From Fidelibacterota bacterium (GTDB lineage Bacteria > Fidelibacterota > Marinisomatia > SCGC-AAA003-L08 > JACNLC01): a DNA stretch of 64,000 nucleotides. The stretch lies in the NCBI GenBank assembly GCA_024277615.1, contig JAJRUW010000068.1, positions 6,047 through 70,046 on the forward strand, in the 5' to 3' direction. The notes beneath the pieces are model-generated. The model had not been told where the DNA came from, did not search any database, and saw nothing but the letters and a program-made list of their open reading frames with translations. The translations under genes and the position numbers were made by a program. Shown piece by piece: positions 55,503-64,000 of this stretch (the first letter of the stretch is position 1; each line of letters starts with the position of its first letter).

Positions 55503-56226
55503 GTCCGCCAGAGAAATGTCTTTCTGGGAGCATCTTGAAGAGTTGCGCTGGAGGATATTTAAGATCCTTTTTACCGTCATCATCGGTGCTGTGATCACCT
55601 ACTATTACTCCGATGAAGTCATTAAACTGTTCGTGGCACCAACGGCGAATCTGAAGGTTGATCTAAACCTGCAGGTGCTGAAAGTGACCAGTATGTTAAT
55701 GGTAAAACTCTCAATCAGCCTCATGGGGGGGCTTTGCCTGGGACTGCCCATGATCATCTATCAGGTTTGGCGGTTCATTACTCCGGCTTTTGAAGAGCCC
55801 CGGACGGGTGCTATTTTTTTCATTGTCACTTTTGCAACGGTTTTTTTTCTCCTGGGGCTGACCTTTGGATATTTCGTTCTGCTCCCCTTTACGCTACACT
55901 TCTTCACATCGCTGACATCGGCCTATGTGCCGGTTAACTATAATTTTACGCTGGATGCCTATCTCAATTACGGCTTGTGGATCCTGTTTGCCTGCGGTTT
56001 GGCCTTTCAACTGCCTGTAATTGTGCTGTTCTTCGCCAAACTGGGTCTCGTCGGTTCAGGAATTTTACGCAAATACCGTAAATATGCCCTGGTGGTTTTC
56101 CTTATCGTCGGCGGTATTCTCACACCGCCGGATCCCCTGAGCCAGATCATGATCGTAATTCCTCTGCTATTGCTCTATGAACTGAGTATTCTGATTGCCT
56201 GGCTGGTCAACCGGGAGAAAAAATGA
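55495..56226 (+). CDS. tatC: Twin-arginine translocase subunit TatC
   Basis: It has MSFWEHLEELRWRIFK and six TM segments. I set the start at ATG 55495 (or 55516), overlapping the meaB stop. The ORF-track start at 55339 lies inside meaB. Confidence 0.9.
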   Translation: MTKSAREMSFWEHLEELRWRIFKILFTVIIGAVITYYYSDEVIKLFVAPTANLKVDLNLQVLKVTSMLMVKLSISLMGGLCLGLPMIIYQVWRFITPAFEEPRTGAIFFIVTFATVFFLLGLTFGYFVLLPFTLHFFTSLTSAYVPVNYNFTLDAYLNYGLWILFACGLAFQLPVIVLFFAKLGLVGSGILRKYRKYALVVFLIVGGILTPPDPLSQIMIVIPLLLLYELSILIAWLVNREKK

Positions 56227-56227
56227 G

Positions 56228-57204
56228 ATGAAAAAAATTCTCAGGCAATTGTCTTTACCTATTCAGACGGACATCGAAGAATTTCATCAAATGTACCGGG
56301 ATTCGTTGAAATCGGAGGTCAAACTAATTAATACGGTCATCAGTTTCATCTCCCGCAGGAAAGGTAAACAGATCCGTCCCATTCTGACACTGCTGGCTGC
56401 AAATATCTGCGGAACGGCCACCGAGATGACCTATCGGGCTGCAGCCCTGGTGGAAATGCTGCATGTGGCCACACTCGTCCATGATGATGTCGTTGATGAC
56501 GCTGACCTCAGACGTGGCTGGCCCTCAGTTAAACGCATCTGGAAAAATAAACTGGCCATTCTGGTGGGGGATTATATGTTTTCCAAGGCCCTGAGTAATA
56601 TGATTTATCTGCGCGATTTTGATGCTCTCGAACTTCTATCGACTACGGCAGAACGCCTCAGCCAGGGTGAAATCCTCCAGATTGAAAAAGCCATGAAAAG
56701 TGATATGTCGGAAGAAGTCTATTACCGTATGGTAGCGGACAAAACGGCTTCCCTTATTTCAGCCGCCTGTGAGTTGGGTGCCGTTACCACAACCACTGAC
56801 CCGGAACAGCGTTCAGCTATGCGGATATATGGTGAAAAGTGGGCATAGCTTTCCAGATCAAAGATGACCTTTTCGATATTATCGGAAATGTTGAGGGGCT
56901 GGGGAAACCAACGGGGTTCGATCTCAAAAAAAATATGCTGACCCTGCCACTGATCCACTATTTTGCATCTGTGAATGAGGGTGATCGCAGACATTTGCGG
57001 AGGAAATTGAACAATCATGCCAGACGCGGGGATAAAGCCTCTATCAGCAGGGCCATCCGGGAGAGCGGGAGCCTGGACTATGCCCTGAAGGTTATCCGCC
57101 GGTTCTCGGATGAAGCCCGGGAAGCTTGGAGCATTTTCCCCGACTCACCGGTTAAAGTTGCCTTGGGGGCATTTATAGATTTTAATCTTCAAAGGGATTT
57201 TTAA
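56228..57204 (+). pseudogene. ispB: Long-chain polyprenyl diphosphate synthase (IspB-like) with 1-nt frameshift at A4 run 56835..56838
   Basis: It has FARM LVHDDVVDDADLRRG in ORF 56195..56848 and SARM FQIKDDLFD in ORF 56839..57204. The junction reads RIYGEKWA* in one frame and (V)GIAFQIKDD in the other. One extra A would restore YGEKVGIAFQ. Confidence 0.8.
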
Positions 57205-57207
57205 ATC

Positions 57208-57795
57208 GTGAAATTACGCCGCAGCCGCAAAAGAATTCGTAAGAAGAGACTCGCCACCCGGCAGGATCGCATCATGACACTGGCCAATATGATCAGTATC
57301 AGCCGCATGCTCATGGCCCTGCCTCTGGTATATTACCTTGAAAATAACAGACTGGGAATGTCGCTGTTATACATCGGTCTGATCATCCTCTCCGATCTGT
57401 TGGATGGTTATGTGGCTCGCCATGCCGATGAGATAACGAATTTCGGGAAGCTGATCGATCCGGTCGCGGACAAGATCTGCCTGATGGTGGTGCTGATTTA
57501 TCTGCTGTTCGAATACGGCACGCCTTTTCTGATCCTGATCATTTTGCTGGGTGCCAGGGATCTGTTGCTGGTAATTTTTGCCACTTTTCTGCTCAGCAGC
57601 GGATCAGAAGTATTCCAGTCTCTGTGGTGGGGCAAGGTCTTCATCACCGTCACCGCTGCAATGATGCTGTTATTCGTCATCGGATTGACGGGGCCGGGGA
57701 TGATACTCTATTATGCTTCCCTGATCCTGCTGGCAATCAGCACTTTTTTTTATTTTCAAAATTATCGAAATTATATGAAGGAATTAACACAGTAA
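57208..57795 (+). CDS. CDP-alcohol phosphatidyltransferase family protein (second copy in the window)
   Basis: It has the motif DLLDGYVARHADEITNFGKLIDPVADK (D-x2-DG-x2-AR...G-x3-D-x3-D). The start is GTG at 57208, or ATG at 57274 (MTLANMISISR). Confidence 0.8.
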   Translation: MKLRRSRKRIRKKRLATRQDRIMTLANMISISRMLMALPLVYYLENNRLGMSLLYIGLIILSDLLDGYVARHADEITNFGKLIDPVADKICLMVVLIYLLFEYGTPFLILIILLGARDLLLVIFATFLLSSGSEVFQSLWWGKVFITVTAAMMLLFVIGLTGPGMILYYASLILLAISTFFYFQNYRNYMKELTQ

Positions 57796-58698
57796 ATGAT
57801 ACCATTTTTCAGGAAAACATTTTCGGGGCTCCAAAAAACCCGGCAGAAGCTGTTGCAGGCATTTGCCAGAATTTCAGGGAAAAGCATTCTTTCCGCCACT
57901 GATCTGGAAACCCTGGAGGAAGCCCTATTGCAAGCCGATCTGGGATGGCAGGTCGTAGAACAGATACTCGACCGTCTGTCCGAACCAGGCACGGCGGGGG
58001 AGACCTGGGAAGCCAAATTCGTAACCACGCTCAACGCCATGCTCGCAGGCAACGGGTCGGCTCCTGCCCTTAAGCAGACTCTGCTCCTCGTCGGTGTCAA
58101 CGGGACCGGTAAAACAACCACTGCCGCTAAACTTGCGGGACTCTTTTCCCGCGAGCAGGAACGCGTCATGCTCATTGCGGCGGATACGTACAGAGCTGCA
58201 GCCGTCGAACAACTGGAGGCCTGGTCAAAACGTCTGGGAGTTTATCTCATGGCCAACACTTCCACCAAGGATCCGGCTGCAGTCGCCTTTGACGGGATCG
58301 CCTCCGGTCTCAGCCGGAATTACGAGCGTCTCATTGTGGATACTGCCGGTCGTCTGCACACTTCTCCCAACCTGATGAAAGAGTTGGAAAAGATCTACCG
58401 TGTGGCCCGTAAAAAGACCGAGCACATCAGCGTTCTCATTACTATTGATGCCAATACCGGACAGAATGGTATTATGCAGGCCAGAGAGTTCAACGAAGCT
58501 CTGCCCATTGATGGTGTAATCCTCACCAAAATGGATGGCACGGCCCGGGGGGGCATAGCCGTTCCCATCATGCTGGATCTCAAGCTGCCCGTTTACTATC
58601 TGGGAGTTGGGGAGCAGGCGGATGATCTCATTCCGTTTGATCAACTAAGTTATCTGAAAGGGCTAATCGGACTCAGGGAGGATGCGTTAATGCCATGA
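57796..58698 (+). CDS. ftsY: Signal recognition particle receptor FtsY (NG domain only)
   Basis: It has LLVGVNGTGKTTTAAKLA, DTAGRL and LTKMDGTARGG. Confidence 0.93.
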   Translation: MIPFFRKTFSGLQKTRQKLLQAFARISGKSILSATDLETLEEALLQADLGWQVVEQILDRLSEPGTAGETWEAKFVTTLNAMLAGNGSAPALKQTLLLVGVNGTGKTTTAAKLAGLFSREQERVMLIAADTYRAAAVEQLEAWSKRLGVYLMANTSTKDPAAVAFDGIASGLSRNYERLIVDTAGRLHTSPNLMKELEKIYRVARKKTEHISVLITIDANTGQNGIMQAREFNEALPIDGVILTKMDGTARGGIAVPIMLDLKLPVYYLGVGEQADDLIPFDQLSYLKGLIGLREDALMP

Positions 58699-59993
58699 CA
58701 GACGGCCCCAAAAAAATATCACTGGTAAGTTTGGGTTGTGCCAAGAATCTGGTAGATTCGGAGGTGCTGCTGGGCGGACTCAAAAAGGCAGATTTCAGCA
58801 TCGTGGATGAACCGGGTGATGCAGATACCGTCATTATCAACACCTGTGGATTCCTCGAGTCCGCCCGGGAAGAGTCTGTGGAAGTCATACTGGAAGCGGG
58901 TGCTTTGAAAACTGCTGGGCAGATCAGCCAACTGGTAGTGATGGGATGCTTTTCTGAACGTTACGGAACGGAACTGCGCCGGGAACTGCCTGAGGTGGAT
59001 GAATTTTTCGGGACTCACGATCAGGCAAAAATTTTATCCTATCTCACGGGGAAACCACATGTGAAAGCCGACCCGGACTATTATCGTTCTCTGCTGACCC
59101 CCGGACATTACGCCTATCTGAAGATCACAGAAGGCTGTGATAACGGCTGCTCTTTTTGTTCAATCCCTCTCATGCGTGGACTGCAGGTTAGCCAACCTCT
59201 GGAATGGTGTGTTCACGAAGCCCGGCGGCTGGCTCAAAACGGCGTGAAGGAAATTCTCGTTATCGGTCAGGACACTACTTCATACGGCTGGGATTTGTCC
59301 CCCAGGATAGGTCTGCAGCATGTGCTGGAAGCCCTGGACCGGGTTGAAGGTCTGGAGTGGGTCAGGTTGCATTATGCTCATCCTGCACATCTGCACCGGG
59401 AAGTGATTAAACAGTTTGGCAGGCTGGAAAAGCTGGTGCCCTATGTGGATATGCCGGTTCAGCATGCTTCGGACAAAATATTGAAGAGCATGCGCCGTGG
59501 TCTGGGCAGGGATGGTATTTTGAAGCGCATCGATGCACTGCGTAAGGTCAATCCCGAAATCATATTGCGAACCTCCGTCATCGTAGGGTACCCCGGTGAA
59601 ACACAGGAGGATTTTAATCTGTTGAGGGATTTTGTAGAGGAAGTTCGTTTTGACCGCCTGGGCGTGTTCACCTATTCGGAGGAGGAGGGTACGAAGGCAG
59701 TTGACTACAGCGATAATATTCCCTCACAGGTAAAATTTGACAGAATGGATGAAATTATGCTGCTCCAGCAGGATATCAGTCTGCAGAAAAATGAGGACCT
59801 CATCGGCACCACGGAAAAAATTCTCATCGATACACACACGGCAGACGGTAACTCTGTGGGGCGGACCTTCAGGGACTCTCCGGAGGTGGATAATATTGTG
59901 GCCGTTGAAGGCCGACACCCCGTGGGAGAATTTATCAATGTTAAATTCACAGAGGCCGGCGAATACGAGCTGGTCGGGGAGGCTGTTGAATGA
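58695..59993 (+). CDS. rimO: Ribosomal protein S12 methylthiotransferase RimO
   Basis: It has ISLVSLGCAKNLVDSE (UPF0004 domain), the radical-SAM motif CDNGCSFCSIP and a C-terminal TRAM domain. Confidence 0.88.
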   Translation: MTDGPKKISLVSLGCAKNLVDSEVLLGGLKKADFSIVDEPGDADTVIINTCGFLESAREESVEVILEAGALKTAGQISQLVVMGCFSERYGTELRRELPEVDEFFGTHDQAKILSYLTGKPHVKADPDYYRSLLTPGHYAYLKITEGCDNGCSFCSIPLMRGLQVSQPLEWCVHEARRLAQNGVKEILVIGQDTTSYGWDLSPRIGLQHVLEALDRVEGLEWVRLHYAHPAHLHREVIKQFGRLEKLVPYVDMPVQHASDKILKSMRRGLGRDGILKRIDALRKVNPEIILRTSVIVGYPGETQEDFNLLRDFVEEVRFDRLGVFTYSEEEGTKAVDYSDNIPSQVKFDRMDEIMLLQQDISLQKNEDLIGTTEKILIDTHTADGNSVGRTFRDSPEVDNIVAVEGRHPVGEFINVKFTEAGEYELVGEAVE

Positions 59994-60394
59994 AAATCAT
60001 CGGAATAGACCACGTGGCCATAGCTCTTTCAGACTTGCAGGAACTGGGTGACCTGCTTCGGGAACTCCCGGGAATAGAGGCCCTGGGTACGGAGATAGTG
60101 GAAGATCAGGGTGTAAAAACGGATATATTCGGAACCGGACGGGGAAAAATCGAATTACTGGCTTCTGTTGCAGAAGATTCTCCGGTGGATAAATATCTCC
60201 GGAAGAAAGGACCGGGGATACATCATATTGCCCTGCTGGTGGAAGACCTGGAGGGCATGCTTATATACTGCCGTGAAAAAGGCCTTCGTCTGATAGATGA
60301 AGAACCCCGCCGGGGCGCCGGAGGCAACCGAATTGCCTTTCTGCATCCCAAATCAACCGGTGGTATTCTCATCGAGCTCTGTGAAAAACCGTAA
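59990..60394 (+). CDS. mce: Methylmalonyl-CoA epimerase (VOC family)
   Basis: 134 aa with IDHVAIAL, GPGIHHIALLVEDL and IAFLHPKSTGGILIELCE. Confidence 0.85.
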   Translation: MKIIGIDHVAIALSDLQELGDLLRELPGIEALGTEIVEDQGVKTDIFGTGRGKIELLASVAEDSPVDKYLRKKGPGIHHIALLVEDLEGMLIYCREKGLRLIDEEPRRGAGGNRIAFLHPKSTGGILIELCEKP

Positions 60395-60483
60395 CATTTT
60401 TTATGCCCGGACACACCTTCCAGAACTGCTAAATTCCAGTTTAGAAATTTTGACTTGTAAATAAATCAGACACAACCCTTGTT

Positions 60484-60990
60484 ATGAAACCAGTAAAAAT
60501 AAAAAGGAAGATCACACCCCGTTATCTGCTGAGGCTTTTCCTCGAAGGAATGGGCTATTTATTTTCCTATCTTGTCAAATACCTGCCCTGGATTGCCCTG
60601 GTTGTATTATTTTATATTATGACACGTTATCAGGAGTTCAGGAACTATTACTGTGCCGATCTCGAAAGTACATCGACCCAGGTTCTCAACGCTGAAGAAG
60701 TAACTTACTTTGAGAAGAAATGCAATTATCGCGGGGATTTCTACCTGGAGATCGTCGCTGAAGTTCAGGACTACGCCGGAACCGGCTTCCGGTTCGCTCT
60801 TTTCCTCACGGCTCTTTTAGTGGCGATTGTCCCCTATGTGATCACACATTATTATCGCAAAGAAACCTTTCCGCCTAAGACCGTCAGGGGAACGATTCTG
60901 GTGTTTCTGTGGTGGTTTTGTTTTTTCTGGCTGACCAGCTCGATCATACTGTACAATCCTTTCTATGACTGGCTGAAAGACATTCTCTGA
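60484..60990 (+). CDS. Hypothetical membrane protein (about 3 TM)
   Basis: An ORF with hydrophobic segments (LPWIALVVLFYIM, FALFLTALLVAIVPYVI, ILVFLWWFCFFWLTSSIIL). I recognised no family. Confidence 0.45.
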   Translation: MKPVKIKRKITPRYLLRLFLEGMGYLFSYLVKYLPWIALVVLFYIMTRYQEFRNYYCADLESTSTQVLNAEEVTYFEKKCNYRGDFYLEIVAEVQDYAGTGFRFALFLTALLVAIVPYVITHYYRKETFPPKTVRGTILVFLWWFCFFWLTSSIILYNPFYDWLKDIL

Positions 60991-61053
60991 TCATCGTCTA
61001 AGGATACCGCTCCGCAAGGCGGTGCAATTGCCGTTTCGGCTGTTGTTAAGCTC

Positions 61054-62880
61054 ATGGACCTGAAAGACAAATTAAAGCGCGTTCCTCCCTTGCCCGGTGT
61101 CTATTTTTTCCGGAATACCCGGGGAACCATAATCTATATCGGCAAGGCTCTGGTGCTGAGAAATCGCGTGCGCTCCTACTTTCAAAACACGAAAAACAAA
61201 GATGCCAAAACCAGATTGCTGGTAAAAAATATTGCGGACCTTGAGTGGCTCGTAGTACGTGACGAAGTTGAAGCACTGCTTACCGAAGCCAACCTGATCC
61301 GGGAGCACAGACCCCGTTTCAATATCAGTCTTAAGGATGACAAGACCTTCCCGTATATTCAAATTAGCACCGAGCCCTTTCCCCGCGTTAAGCTCATCCG
61401 AATGAAAACAATCCCCAGGGACGGGTCCACCTATTTTGGACCATATACCGAAGTAAAGCGGCTGAGAGAGACCATGCGTGTACTGCACAATGTTTTCCCC
61501 CTGCGCTCCTGTGACTATCATTTGGATGCCGAAACAATTGCGGCAGGTAAAATTAAGCTTTGTCTGGATTACCACATAAAACGCTGCGAGGGTCCCTGTG
61601 AGGGTCTCGTATCCCGGGAACATTACGCCGAAATGATCAGTCAGGTGATCCGTTTTCTGCGCGGCAGGAATGACCAGCTGCGCAGTTACCTCATCGACAA
61701 AATGAACCGGGCCAGTACAAATTTGCGCTTTGAGGAAGCTTTGCGTTTTCGCAACCAACTGGATGCCGTGGAGAAATTTACTCAGCGGCAGAAGAAAGTT
61801 ACTGCCGATTTCACGGATCGGGATGTCCTGGTGGTGGCCTCGGAGAATACCTACGGAACGGGAGTTGTCCTGCGCATTCGCAACGGGTTCTATCTGGGAA
61901 GGGAGAAATTTAGTCTGAAAATAGTGGACGGAACTCCCGCAGCTGAGATAGTATCCCGTTTCCTGCATCAGTACTATTCCGCAACGGAAGATATACCGAA
62001 AGAGATATTGCTGGAAATGGAAATTGAGGATTTGAATGTCGTGGAGACCTGGCTGCGGGGACGCAGAGGAAATAAGGTGACAGTCCTGGTTCCTCAAAAA
62101 GGTGAAAAGAGAAAACTGGTGAGAATCTGCCGCAGCAATGCAGATCTTTTACTGGGAGAGATCAGACTCAAGAAACTAAAACGACGGGAATTGTTGCCGA
62201 AACCGGTTACGGTGCTGCAAGAGGATCTGGGACTTGCAGTTCCGCCGCGGAGGATTGAGGCGTTTGACAATTCAAATATACAGGGGACACATCCTGTGGC
62301 CTCCATGGTGTGTTTCATCGATGGCAAACCCTGTAAATCCGAGTATCGCAAATTCGACATCAAAACCGTAACGGGGTCTGATGATTTCGAATCCATGTAC
62401 GAAGTTGTAAAACGGCGTTATGAAAGGGTCACGCGGGAACACCTCCCCCTGCCGGACCTCATTCTCATCGACGGCGGTAAAGGGCAGTTACGTTTTGCCT
62501 ATCGGGCTCTGAAAGAGCTGAAACTGGAATATCTCCCGGTCATCGGTCTGGCCAAGCGTCTGGAAGAAGTCTATAAACCCGCTATGAGCGAACCCCAGAA
62601 TATCCCGAAAACATCACCCGGGCTCTTTCTGCTGCGCAGGGTTCGGGACGAAGCTCACCGTTTTGCTGTTTCTTTTCATCGGGAAAAAAGAGCCAGGGCT
62701 ATGACCCGGTCGGTACTGGAGGAGGTCTCGGGGCTGGGAGAAAAACGAATTCAGAAAATCTGGCAGGCGTACAATTCCCTGTCGGATTTAAAAAAGGCTA
62801 CGGCTGAAGAGGTCAGTGCGAAAGTTGGTCTTCCTGCGAAAGTTGCAGCGGCGTTGTGTAAAAAATTAGCTGAAAAGTGA
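61054..62880 (+). CDS. uvrC: Excinuclease ABC subunit C
   Basis: It has a GIY-YIG N-terminus (PGVYFFRNTRGTIIYIGKA), a UVR domain (FEEALRFRNQL), an endonuclease V-like region and a C-terminal HhH2. Confidence 0.96.
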   Translation: MDLKDKLKRVPPLPGVYFFRNTRGTIIYIGKALVLRNRVRSYFQNTKNKDAKTRLLVKNIADLEWLVVRDEVEALLTEANLIREHRPRFNISLKDDKTFPYIQISTEPFPRVKLIRMKTIPRDGSTYFGPYTEVKRLRETMRVLHNVFPLRSCDYHLDAETIAAGKIKLCLDYHIKRCEGPCEGLVSREHYAEMISQVIRFLRGRNDQLRSYLIDKMNRASTNLRFEEALRFRNQLDAVEKFTQRQKKVTADFTDRDVLVVASENTYGTGVVLRIRNGFYLGREKFSLKIVDGTPAAEIVSRFLHQYYSATEDIPKEILLEMEIEDLNVVETWLRGRRGNKVTVLVPQKGEKRKLVRICRSNADLLLGEIRLKKLKRRELLPKPVTVLQEDLGLAVPPRRIEAFDNSNIQGTHPVASMVCFIDGKPCKSEYRKFDIKTVTGSDDFESMYEVVKRRYERVTREHLPLPDLILIDGGKGQLRFAYRALKELKLEYLPVIGLAKRLEEVYKPAMSEPQNIPKTSPGLFLLRRVRDEAHRFAVSFHREKRARAMTRSVLEEVSGLGEKRIQKIWQAYNSLSDLKKATAEEVSAKVGLPAKVAAALCKKLAEK

Positions 62881-62913
62881 ACTTCGGGGCACTAAAAACC
62901 CCGCATTAAGCCG

Positions 62914-63288
62914 TCAACTTTTAAGCCTGGCGATAACCGATTCGAGTTGTTCCGTTGAAATTGGTTTGTTGAGAAAGGCCACGGCTTTAAACGCTTCGGC
63001 TTTGCCAATGGTCTCTTTATCTGAATAGCCCGTCATGAAAATAAGCTCGGGATGATAGATTTTATAGATCTCATGTGCGGTTTCAATACCGTCCATCGGT
63101 CCTGCCAGACCGATATCCATCAGGATGACTTCAGGCCTTTCGGACAGCGCCAATTGTACAGCCTGCTCACCTTTCCCGACCTGACCGCAGATCTCATATC
63201 CATTCTGCTCAAAAATGGTTGTCCAGAGCAAACCGCTGATGAACTCATCTTCAACAATCAGAACTTTCGGTTTTTTCTCCAAGATCAT
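62914..63288 (-). CDS. Single-domain response regulator
   Basis: It has KVLIVEDE, VILMDIGLAGPMDG, FMTGY and LNKP. It overlaps the upstream kinase stop by 4 nt. Confidence 0.88.
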   Translation of the reverse strand: MILEKKPKVLIVEDEFISGLLWTTIFEQNGYEICGQVGKGEQAVQLALSERPEVILMDIGLAGPMDGIETAHEIYKIYHPELIFMTGYSDKETIGKAEAFKAVAFLNKPISTEQLESVIARLKS

Positions 63289-64000
63289 ACCCTCCGTTTG
63301 TATTGACTGTGTTCAAATTCAACGGTCCAGGTGGTTCCCCGGTTTGATTCAACATTAACAGAACCGTTGAGCTGCTGTTCGGCGATACCGTAGATCAGGC
63401 GCATACCCATGCTCTCACTGCGGCGGGTATCAAGGCCTGCAGGCAGTCCTACGCCGTTATCACTTATTTTCAACAGGATCTTATCCGCTTTGGTTTTTTT
63501 TAAAACAATTCTGATTATACCTTTCCGCTGGTCCGGGAAGGCATGCTCCAGGGCATTGGTGAGCATTTCGTTCAGCAGCAAGCCGCAGGGTATGGCAATA
63601 TCGATCAGAACCTGCAGCGGTTCGACCTGTAATTTCAACTCGTGCGTATGGCCGGTATCACTGTAGCCTTCCATGAGGTTGGCAGCCAGCTCTTCAACAT
63701 AGTCATTCAGATTTATACTTGAAAGGTCCTTGGATTGATACAGCTTCTGGTGGACCAGCGCCATGGCCTCGATGCGATGGATCATATCCTCATTATTTTT
63801 TAGCAGAAGAGGGTCGGCAATTTTTTGGGACTGCAAGGCCAGCAGAGAAGAGATCACCTGCATATTGTTCTTGGTTCTGTGATAGAGCTCATTGAGCAGT
63901 ATGCTTTTTTCTCTTAAGGCCAGTTGTATATCTTCCTCGGCCTTTTTGTTCTCGGTAATATCGATGAGTGTACTTTGCATTCCAACGACCTTTCCATCCG
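63285..64000 (-). CDS. Sensor histidine kinase, HisKA_2/HWE-type (5' end beyond the window)
   Basis: It has LLNELYHRTKNNMQVISSLL (H-box HRxKN) and HATPase_c (NALEHAF, DNGVGLP). The frame stays open upstream of the ORF-track Met, through a PAS-like tail (DGKVVGMQSTLIDITE), to nt 64000. Confidence 0.85.
   Translation of the reverse strand, partial: DGKVVGMQSTLIDITENKKAEEDIQLALREKSILLNELYHRTKNNMQVISSLLALQSQKIADPLLLKNNEDMIHRIEAMALVHQKLYQSKDLSSINLNDYVEELAANLMEGYSDTGHTHELKLQVEPLQVLIDIAIPCGLLLNEMLTNALEHAFPDQRKGIIRIVLKKTKADKILLKISDNGVGLPAGLDTRRSESMGMRLIYGIAEQQLNGSVNVESNRGTTWTVEFEHSQYKRRV

Noticed and set aside
54546-55598. A 350-aa ORF on the minus strand opposite meaB. Similar long antisense ORFs occur at 61072..62097 (opposite uvrC), 26127..26810 (opposite thpR), 51679..52524 (opposite pilMN) and 316..1107.
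   Set aside because: Each lies entirely antisense to a gene with clear family motifs. Their translations are low-complexity or Arg/Ser/Pro-rich with no recognisable motifs. They are shadow ORFs.
62885-62903. A small hairpin CGGGG-N9-CCCCG between convergent uvrC and the response regulator as a terminator.
   Set aside because: It has only a 5-bp stem and no flanking U-tract on either strand. This is too weak to annotate.

Overview
This is a 64-kb bacterial chromosomal window. I found no rRNA, CRISPR array, transposase, integrase or recognisable defence gene. Genes run almost uninterrupted on the minus strand from 2.6 to 54.1 kb, then switch to the plus strand from 54.6 to 62.9 kb. The housekeeping content is guaB, an MIO-type ammonia-lyase, dinG, purF, ridA, gcvPB, alaS, an M16 peptidase, recA, thpR, cinA, pgpA, pgsA, recR, ybaB and dnaX on the minus strand, and rpsT, meaB, tatC, a polyprenyl synthase, ftsY, rimO, mce and uvrC on the plus strand. 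A large (Bacillus-type) SRP RNA directly abuts tRNA-Ala(CGC). A T9SS-type C-terminal sorting domain and a DUF5683-like protein suggest an FCB-superphylum-like lineage; this is inference only. The most distinctive region is a ~22-kb type IV pilus / MSHA-like cluster at 32.2-54.1 kb. Its unusual parts are: (1) a PilM-PilN fusion carrying a ~450-aa basic disordered N-terminus; (2) a secretin with a Gly/Tyr/Ser-rich insertion; (3) an aspartate-less receiver between pilD and the pilT/pilU pair; (4) a sigma54 activator with four candidate -24/-12 promoters; (5) a GspH/I/J-like minor pilin set; (6) two paralogous giant GspK/PilX-like proteins, one with a poly-Asp/His-Gly tract encoded by a (GAT)9 microsatellite; (7) two small paralogous 2-TM proteins; and (8) three tandem Cys-free pilin paralogs. 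A second notable locus is a translationally coupled UbiA prenyltransferase, 2x[4Fe-4S] ferredoxin and geranylgeranyl reductase, an archaeal-style isoprenoid-lipid saturation module. Three genes are disrupted: dinG by an in-frame TAG, and a GspH-like pseudopilin and the polyprenyl synthase each by a 1-nt frameshift at a homopolymer. These may be assembly errors. A candidate dnaX -1 recoding site is also present.
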